Source: Phoronis australis (taxonomy: Eukaryota; Animalia; Phoronida). From it: a stretch of 64,000 nucleotides of DNA. Both the position numbers and the translations under genes were made by a program. The stretch spans positions 1,760,295 to 1,824,294 of the forward strand of contig NMRA01000017.1 in the NCBI GenBank assembly GCA_002633005.1, given 5' to 3'. A model generated the notes under the pieces. That model made no database searches. It was given only the letters and a program-made list of their open reading frames with translations, and was not told where the DNA came from. Shown in pieces: positions 55,900 through 64,000 of the stretch (position 1 is the stretch's first letter; each line of letters begins with the position of its first letter).

Positions 55900-56450
55900 A
55901 ACTTTGTAATCTCTGTAGCGTAACACCAAAAGTTAGAGTGGGTGTTTAAACGTTGAATATGTGTATAACATTTATGATTCCAATTATTCGCCAACAAGTT
56001 CTAAAACATAGCGATCGTTAGTGTTAGTGTCTTTATCATACAAATTCGCAAAATGAAATCCATGGCCATCATCGGCACCGATATCACAAATAAAATATAC
56101 ATTGTTGTCGAAAAGCTATCGACGAAGGTTCCTGAAGTTTTCTGGTCTGAGTTGTCCATCCCTTCGTATTTCTATCGAGAAAGTCTCACAAGTGGTCAGG
56201 AAGCGGTGGCACGCCGTACGAGTCAAAATATTTTCGTTTTTCCATCCTCGGTTAGAAAAATAGCCACTAAGTGTGTTCCAGGTTTGTAGTTAGGATCGTT
56301 GTGACAAACGTGAGCATTTGGATTTGAAAGGACACCTAGGTTACACAATTCATCACTCGCAAGACAAACGCTAAAGGACTGTCCGACATGATCATTTGAC
56401 TTTTCGTCCGAAAAACGGCAAGTGTCTCTCTGGAATATTACCAAGTTCAA
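55900..56450 (-). pseudogene. Polinton adenain-like cysteine protease remnant
   Basis: NDPNYKPGTHLVAIF...F.DSYG matches the N.D....PG.HW.A ... FDS.G motif; adjacent to and on the same strand as the integrase. Confidence 0.72.
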
Positions 56451-56539
56451 AATTCTCCTCGGGTGCGTCTGTTTCGCTGGAACTCATCCTCGTGAATGAG
56501 AGTAATGGTGTGAGTATCAAATGCTAGAGCTGACAAAGT

Positions 56540-57445
56540 GACGCCCATTAACCCACAAATTGAAGGAGTCGGAATATCACGCCCACATAACGAAAAAATT
56601 CAGTCCGCTTTTTTTCTTAGACGGTCTTGATGACGCTCTCCACCTTGTATACATTTCCATTGACTACTCTTTAGAGGTCTTGTTGGTAAAATGTCCGTAT
56701 TTCTCAGTTTTTTTTGGTATGCTTAAGACTACTTTATCAATAGTGTAGAATTATTTAGTCTAGTTTGGCAAACATGTTTTCCTGAATGCTTATAACAACC
56801 CGGTCACCAGTCTTAAATTTCGGTCTGGTCTGTTTTCTATACGGTCCGTAACGTGCCTGCCATACTGTCTCTTGATTAGCTCGTGTGCCAGACGAGGGCG
56901 TTGTCTTGAAAAATCGATGGTATGTGTTGTTGTAGGATCTCACTAGGTCGTGTAATACGTCATCATAACGCAAACTATTTTGAGACGTAAAGAACTTTCA
57001 CATTTTGTTTTTAAAAGTGCGATTAAAGCGCTTGGAGAAGCTTGACTTGCTTGGTCTCTCCATTATGGGCAGTAAAGAAGCCGATACCTTCATCTTGGGA
57101 AAATTCTGAAATAAAAGATTCGTAAACTCCGTCCCTTTGTACTTTTACAAGGTCTTGTATTTCCGTCCACTGGCGAAAATATGTTTAAAAGCTCCAACTA
57201 AGCGTTTTCCCGTCTTGTCTTGGAGTGGAACAGCAAATGCATATTTTGAGAGTACGTCCATACAGGTACATGTAAGAATGCACCAGTGACCAACGGTAAG
57301 TTTTGCCAACTTGGATACAACTACAAGGCCTGCCTGGAACTGCTGGTCAATGGGTTTAACAAGAACGAATCGTCTCGTAAAATTTCTAACCAGTGGTTTG
57401 GGGCGAACTAAGTTTCTTGGTTACTAAGCCATCTTTTCACAATCC
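56540..57445 (-). pseudogene. Maverick/Polinton rve integrase with C-terminal chromodomain, degraded
   Basis: VKRWLSNQ, KPLVRNFTRR..VKPIDQQFQA, CMDVLSKYAFAVPLQDKTG, KGTEF, NRTFKNK, LVRSYNNTYHR, KFKTGDRV, FYQQDL, VMWA*YSDSFNLWV. Confidence 0.88.
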
Positions 57446-57868
57446 ATTAGAGCTCAGATTTTACAATTTCTTGAAACCGTAAGTTTTCAAGTTGTGTATG
57501 TGTATATGGCACGTGCACACTGCCCTACATAAAAACAACATAGAGTAAAGAAGTTGATGTACGTAACACTTTATGGAGCTGACTCACGAAAATGCTAATT
57601 TTTCTTGAAGTAGCAAGTTATTGATTGCAAAAACAACATCCTGTAATTGTAACTACTGGCTTATATTATCAGTATGTAAATGCTGTGAGGTTACTTGAAC
57701 GCAGAAACTTTCAGGTTAGTCATGAAGCTTTTCACGGTCTATAATATCTCGGCTTCGCTGAATACTCAACTGATGCTGGGCTGATTGGCGACACTAACAA
57801 CATGTGAACTCAAGTGAAATAATGTAAAGACTTGTGTTTTCTTTCTATCGAGGACTATTGCAACTAAC

Positions 57869-58091
57869 CGTTATGCTAGTTAACACTGATCCTTGAGTGG
57901 ACGTCATCAAAATGTGACCAACTTTGCAAAGTTTGGTTTGTACTTTTGCTAAATGCAACTGCATTGCTCCATTAGTCCAATATTGATCACCAGCCAAAGC
58001 CATAGCAAGCTCAGGGAGATAAACGTGTGACAATCCTAGATAGGTTGAGAATGACATAATTGCAATCGTTTGATATTCGGCCAGTGCAAAC
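57869..58091 (-). CDS. Candidate linker exon of the WSC/kringle gene
   Basis: Acceptor atttttgacag in phase 2 fits the candidate exon above; open frame FALAEYQTIAIMSF...; donor uncertain. Confidence 0.25.
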
Positions 58092-58419
58092 CTGTCAAAA
58101 ATCTTAATTGGTTTCAACAGCCTTTACCCTCCCGTCCAGTAATTATTACATGAGAAACCCTTGTAAATTGGCTTCTTTGTTTGCTCAAATTAATCTAAGA
58201 CACGTAGTGTACGAAATAGAGTACGAAGCAGCTAAAATAATAACATTATTCGGTGAAAGACGCCAAGGATTTTCCTAAAGGAATACTGCAATGTCGAAGT
58301 GCTACAGTATATTGGTTTCTGCCAGGCAGTAAAATAGATCTACCTTACCATTCCGATAACTAAGTAGGCCTAAAGTTAGCATTGCTGTAGGTGACCTCGG
58401 ACATCCATCGATGACTTAC

Positions 58420-58588
58420 CTGTCAAGAAAAATCTTTCTTAACTGACAATGAGTAACAGCCATCTGGGGTCGCAGATAATTCCAGAACTTAAGCTGATCA
58501 GCAATTAAAACTAAACGGCCGTAAGAGTCAACTCGAGGACGCTTAGAAAGCCTTTTCAACGGATCACGACCTATCTTATGCCGAACGC
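58420..58588 (-). CDS. Candidate linker exon of the WSC/kringle gene
   Basis: Open frame with a strong donor (cag|gtaagt), phase 1 to 2, compatible with the upstream WSC exon. The acceptor is weak and no domain is recognisable. Confidence 0.3.
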
Positions 58589-59648
58589 CTGTCATTACTT
58601 GCTTGGTGTGCGAAAACTTCAATTTTACGCGCATACGTCAGTATGGAATTAAATGCACATTCCAGAAATCAGGTCAATATTTTGTTCAATGTATTCAATG
58701 TAGAGACTTTTGGTAATTATTGGTCCCGCGAGCACCCATTTTACCCGGCGTCAACGAATTATAGTAACGTCAACGTGATTATTGGAGTGAAGAACTCGCA
58801 TTTTCTCGGGTATTCCAAGTTCACGTAGGCCCATATAGATCTTGAGATGAAGTGAATTTCAAATTTCATATTCGACACCCCGAATCTTCGATTACCACTC
58901 CGTCCGGCATCCTATTTTCTTGGTGTACCACACCAAAAGCAAAAAAATAAGCGTAAAATGCGTATTAAATTCAGTTCATTTTGAAAATATCGATGTCTTG
59001 TCGAAAGAATATGATTTGGGCTCAGGTTTCAAATAAAAGTGTTTGGGTAAAGAGCCGTTTCATGAAGATTTTAACAAAAATGAAGCATCACCAAAATGTA
59101 CATTATAATGACTTTGCGTTTGTTGCAATAGCAACACTCGGAAAAAAGATAGGTTGACATATAACAATGAAGCCAGGACGATGACATAACATATTTGCTT
59201 TCCATTTCTGTCTGGTCAACATCACACTGCTGTTCTTCTCTTGAGTCAAAACAACATGGTAAGTGCACAAAATTTGTCGTTTTTATAATTGCATCGAGCC
59301 AGTTCCAGGGTGGTTTTACATTAGACCAAGCCATTCACCTCACACAGTTCTAGTGTTTAAAACTTTTTACAAGTAAACGAGAATGCAGCTGGAAAAATAT
59401 CTACATGTACTAAGTGTTATACATAACTGATGACACGAATATTCTTGTAGCTATGCATTGGGAAAGAGTTTTTATTGTTCCTGGAAAATTGATTCGCCTT
59501 TGGAGAAAGTGAATGTAAATTAATGCACTTCATGTGACACCATCCCACAATAGCACACTGGGAAAATGAAGCCATTGACGTACAGTCTAGTTACAAGATG
59601 CTGGTTTACTTATGCCGCTCATATGTTATACATGAAATGAAAACCTAC

Positions 59649-59936
59649 CTGGAGCTGACTTCATAACCCAGGCGTAATTATAGCCGCCACATTTTTCCGA
59701 GGGGTTTGCGAGGCATGGCAAATTACACAACTGCGATGGCACCAGCGCCAATCCAAAGGGACTTGGTAAGCACCAACAATTGAACATGCCCCACACGGCA
59801 GCGAACGGGTACTCCATTCTGCTACACGCCTCCCGGCATTTCTGATTCGTGTTCAACCCGTCGCCAACGTAGGCAGCCCGCCCCAATGTTGCATTGTTTG
59901 CAGGTTCAAGAATTCCGTGAAAGCAGTTCGGTAGTT
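59649..59936 (-). CDS. WSC domain exon of WSC/kringle protein
   Basis: Acceptor tcattccag and donor gtaggt; 288 bp, phase 1/1. Encodes NCFHG...TNQKCREACSRMEYPFAAVWGMFNCWC...CNLPCLANPSEKCGG, a full 8-Cys WSC pattern. Confidence 0.85.
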
Positions 59937-61436
59937 CTGGAATGAGATCGTGTTGCTGTCGATCAGCCATAGTATCATTGTTGACTTCACTCTTTGGAGA
60001 ACTTTGCAAATCGACAATTTTTCACACCATAATACAACTACTACAAATACACGTTGTGGAATACTTTTAAACTTCTCATTTAAAACTCAAAATTTGAGGA
60101 CATGACGACAATCCGACAAATAAAAAATCAGCGGCTACGTCCTTAGTGATTAACATCCCGTTTTATCAACCTTGCTCCTGTATTATGATAATTCCATCAA
60201 AAACGTTTTATGACACTGATAGCTATGGTCTAAGTGACGACATCAACGTTGCCTGATATCCCAAACCCATCGTAAAATCGGAAAGGTCCTGGCATCCATA
60301 AATCAAATGCTGTATTTAAATTTCATATTGATCCGAAAAGAAATGGAGCCACTGTAGAGTTAACAAAAACACACAAGAACACTTACTTCACAACAAATAG
60401 AGATTACAATTTTCATTTCACCACGCACACTTAAACATTTTCTGACAAGACAAAAACATACATAGGAGTATTTCATCTCACCAACTACATGTACAGCAAT
60501 CGCCACGGTAAGATAAACTTACTCGCAAAACTTCTAAAGAAATGAGACCAGCTCCAACGATGACTACGATGACACACCGATGTCGGTATCGGTGACCAAG
60601 AAAACGCCTAAGAAACTGCACCCTGAACTTTTTGAAAGCCGACATTGACGTCGACACTGGAGACGACGTATTCCTGCCCATGCTGACAACGCATATACTA
60701 TATAAGATCCAAAAAAACGATCGTCCAAGACCCGCAGACCGAGTAGTGTAACATAGCAGGATGGCCGTTGCGACAACACCAACAACGGTTTAACCATAGC
60801 ATGTCTCAGAAATGACCAATGACGATGGTAATTTCTTGTAGAATAGGTGATGTAGAGTTTTCTGAATATTACTGATAAAATTCACGGTAAAAGTCATACG
60901 ATAAAAATGGGGAATGGGTTGATGATGGCATTTAACATTAAGTAAAATGAAGAATGGTGATATACCGATTGAGACGGGCAGCCAAAAGCAAAATTGTCAT
61001 CTCAGGTACGATATTTGAATACGTTAAATTCCCAACGGGGAGATATGGCACGAGGAGTCATTTAAAACACGGAAAATCAAAAATGTCTCGACATCCTTGA
61101 GCCGTACTGTAAAGTAGACGTCGTATTTAAAAGATCTAGCAACTTATCGCATATTGGAAAATCCATTCTGATACAGCAAAACCAAGACCCGGCATACCAA
61201 AATTTTGCCAAATATCCTCTGATGCGCCTTGTTACCTTGAACTTCATTCAAAATAAAGGTCTAAAAGACATTGACAAAGCACACAATGCTTTCCATAAGC
61301 CATGGACGTCGGACGAGTAATACTACATGTACATGTAGCTTGTAAGCAAAAGACTTTGGCAAAGTGCACACCTTGGAAATTTCATTTCTACAAGAAATGA
61401 AAAGGTTTTAGGGAAAGACACCTTGGGTAACCGTAC

Positions 61437-61608
61437 CAGGATAAATTGGCGTCATTAGGCTTGCAGTTCTGTATCCGCCGCAACGTTGGTATATACGTGA
61501 TCCACACGTGTAGTGACACATAAATTCAGATTGAGCATTAGTTTCAAAGTGGAATTCTTCACGGGAAAAACAAGAGCACGTCCTTCCGTTTGTTAAACCC
61601 GCCACGTT
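61437..61608 (-). CDS. WSC domain exon (C-terminal half) of WSC/kringle protein
   Basis: Acceptor ttttatttacag and donor gtacgg, phase 0 to 1. Encodes NVAGLTNGRTCSC...MCHYTCGSRIYQRCGG, matching the WSC pattern AG..NG..C.C ... C...C.G.....CGG. Confidence 0.8.
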
Positions 61609-64000
61609 CTGTAAATAAAAGCATGAAGCACATTGGTATTAGCACTTCGCAAGTTTGTGTGTCAAGCCAAATATTCAAAAACTATGGAAAATTTCTCGTT
61701 TAGAGATTGTATATTTTTAAAAATAATGAAAGTGTATCTAGAACTTACGACAGTGCCACAAGTAACCAGCATTTGCAGCAGTAAGGTACATTTCTACAAG
61801 TTGATACCGATATATGAATTCATGTCTATCTTTTTCACGTATAGTGATAATATTATATATAACAGTGAAAATTTTGCACGTGTATATTTACATTCATCTG
61901 TAATGTTTCAAATCCAGATTTCATGCCTTTGAGTGGTTTCTGGGCTTAACTCTAATTACTGTGACTTGTATTTTTTGTAAAGAGTAAAAGGCAGACTATA
62001 ATCAATACAAAACGGGATACAGAATACTCCCAACTCGTTCAGAACGTCCTTCGTTTTGTTGACTAAGCTATCAACCACAGCCTTACCGAAACTTTCAAGG
62101 GTTTACCCTTCAGAAATCTCGGACATAACTTACTGCAAGAAGGGTCCAGGAGATTTGTAAGAAAGAGAGAATCTTGGTTGGGCTAAACAGTCACGCAGCC
62201 AAAATTTCAAAGATGGCTGAACGTCGAAGACAGATTCAACGGAAGGCCATCAAGACGAAATCTGGTGTGGACTGGAGCAAATTTAAACATACCCATTTCC
62301 TTTTGGAAGGCCTAAATATAATACCGGAGACATTATACTGAGAATGTGGAAGAAAATATCCTAATTACACTGTGTCCAATGAGAAAATGGTGAGTTAAAC
62401 AAGCAACAAGCAGAGAAACTGAATTACCTCTGAGATACATGTACCTTGGCCCATGGCAGTATAAAGGTAAATAACACTGCAGAGGTGTGAGTGGCACCTA
62501 TTTTATCTGGTCCACGATTCTCACCACCTTACAACCTAATTGGTCAAATTTGTTCATTTGCTATGAACAGGATACATCTTGTCGTTTTGCAGAAATTCAG
62601 AAGAAATGGAGTCTACAGTGTACGCGCTATTTTAAAAACATGTTAAAGGTATTCGAGACTTCCCGATTTAAAAAAGCCCAGAAGTGGTTGATTTTTTAAA
62701 ACAAGTTCTTAATTTGACTTTGATGCCTTGGATGACATGACCGTGGTGGTTAGTGCTCTTTGTTTACTTGTTAAATGCAAAATATCCAATCGATTTCGTG
62801 GAGTTATCGCTTCTCAGTCAGAGAGCGTTTAGTTTTATTCTGTTCATCGCCTGACAGGGTTTGTTCGTAGGGCTACAAACTCGTTTCACATATGGTCCTT
62901 TAGTCAGGACTTTGATTGGCGGCTTAACTGACCATTTAGAACTCATCATTCTTGACACACCTTCGTTTCCAACCACCATGTTACCCGACAAACAAAACGT
63001 TGCCGGGTCAAAAATATTGCTTGTTTGTCGGCATTGCGCAAGGGGGCGGAGCTTGCGATAGGTCAATAAGCCTAACTCCAATTAAAAGAAAGCCATTTCT
63101 TTTAGGGAAAATCAAGTCCACAGAACGGCATCGGGAGACAAGCACTTCCTAATGCCGAATCTTGCATATTCCTGAGTGAGTGGAAATAGTTACATTGACC
63201 TATAGAGAGGTTCTTTCGGCAAAGAAACATCGCCGGTGTTAATGGCTATATACAGTTTCCTAGAAAAATAGCCACTTCTAATAAAATCAAGTCTTTACTG
63301 AAGAGTTGAGCCGTGCATTCTATATCGTGGGCTCGATTAATTGCATTTTTGTTAACGTGGTATTTTGGAAAGTTTTCTTTCGTGTCCAGACTAATTTCCA
63401 TTGGTTTTTTGACGTTGAACTTTTTGAAAATTTAAATGTTCAATTTATCATATTTTCGTTTAGGTTGTGATGGCAATTCAATGAGGATTTACAAGATCAA
63501 GAACAGGGATGTGCTATAAAAGTATCGTTGATTGATGCGGTCGATATCTTATGTCATGACGTTGTTGTCAAATTTGTTTTCGTATGGTGGTAGTGTTTTT
63601 TTTTTACAATACCCCTACATTCGACAGTTGTGTTATCAGTTTTTTGCCGCCCATTATTGACGGCCGCGGTGCCGTCCTGGTGTGCTGAATTATATGAGAG
63701 CCCTTTGGGTTTGACAGCGTTGCTAAAGGCTACGTATACACGTGTATGCACGTATACTCCTACGCATTTACAAATTTCCAGTTACACAATTCAAAAGTAT
63801 TATGAACAGTCACCCTGCGTAACTTTGCTGTAATTTGAAGCGTTGTGCTTTTTTCCTAGTTTCCATGAAACATTCCCACATAGGGATTCCTCTAAGTTTC
63901 CTGAGTGCTTTGTCTATTTTTACTTTCTACACTCATATATGTATTATTTTCTATAATTTCATCTTTATTTTGAGCTCCTATTTTACTAGTGACATTTTCT

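Noticed and set aside
42400-61608. Naming the gene KREMEN, PLG/LPA or WSCD
   Set aside because: Domain order differs and the diagnostic CUB, protease or sulfotransferase exons were not seen.
62445-62540. First half of the WSC domain upstream of 61608 (LGC...LTPLQC...C)
   Set aside because: In-frame TAG, and the donor phase does not fit the phase-0 acceptor.

Overview
Eukaryotic (metazoan, invertebrate-like) genomic scaffold: AT-rich, intron-dominated, with four N gaps. It is not prokaryotic, and I see no CRISPR array or rRNA. Two host genes are visible. (1) On +, three internal phase-0 exons of an SH3BP5/Sab-family coiled-coil gene (2113-2241, 15382-15555, 28318-28491); its next exon was not found. 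(2) On -, a gene with WSC-domain exons (61437-61608, 59649-59936) followed by kringle exons (51703-52023, 42400-42672). The rest is mostly decayed transposons: a near full-length L1/Tx1 LINE, L2/CR1-group LINE pieces, a HERO-like RLE fragment, two Penelope fragments (one with a degenerate minimal hammerhead ribozyme), a Maverick/Polinton remnant (integrase-chromodomain plus protease), TA-flanked TcMar-like MITEs, CAGGG-ended hAT-like MITEs, two Helentron-associated (HINE/DINE-1-like) elements, a foldback element and a palindromic minisatellite. I cannot demonstrate a wholly new system. The best leads are the possibly nested WSC-kringle gene, a HINE inside a splice acceptor, inverted repeats bracketing two in-frame exons, and a pre-miRNA-like intronic hairpin. 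All family assignments come from motif recognition by eye, without database searches.
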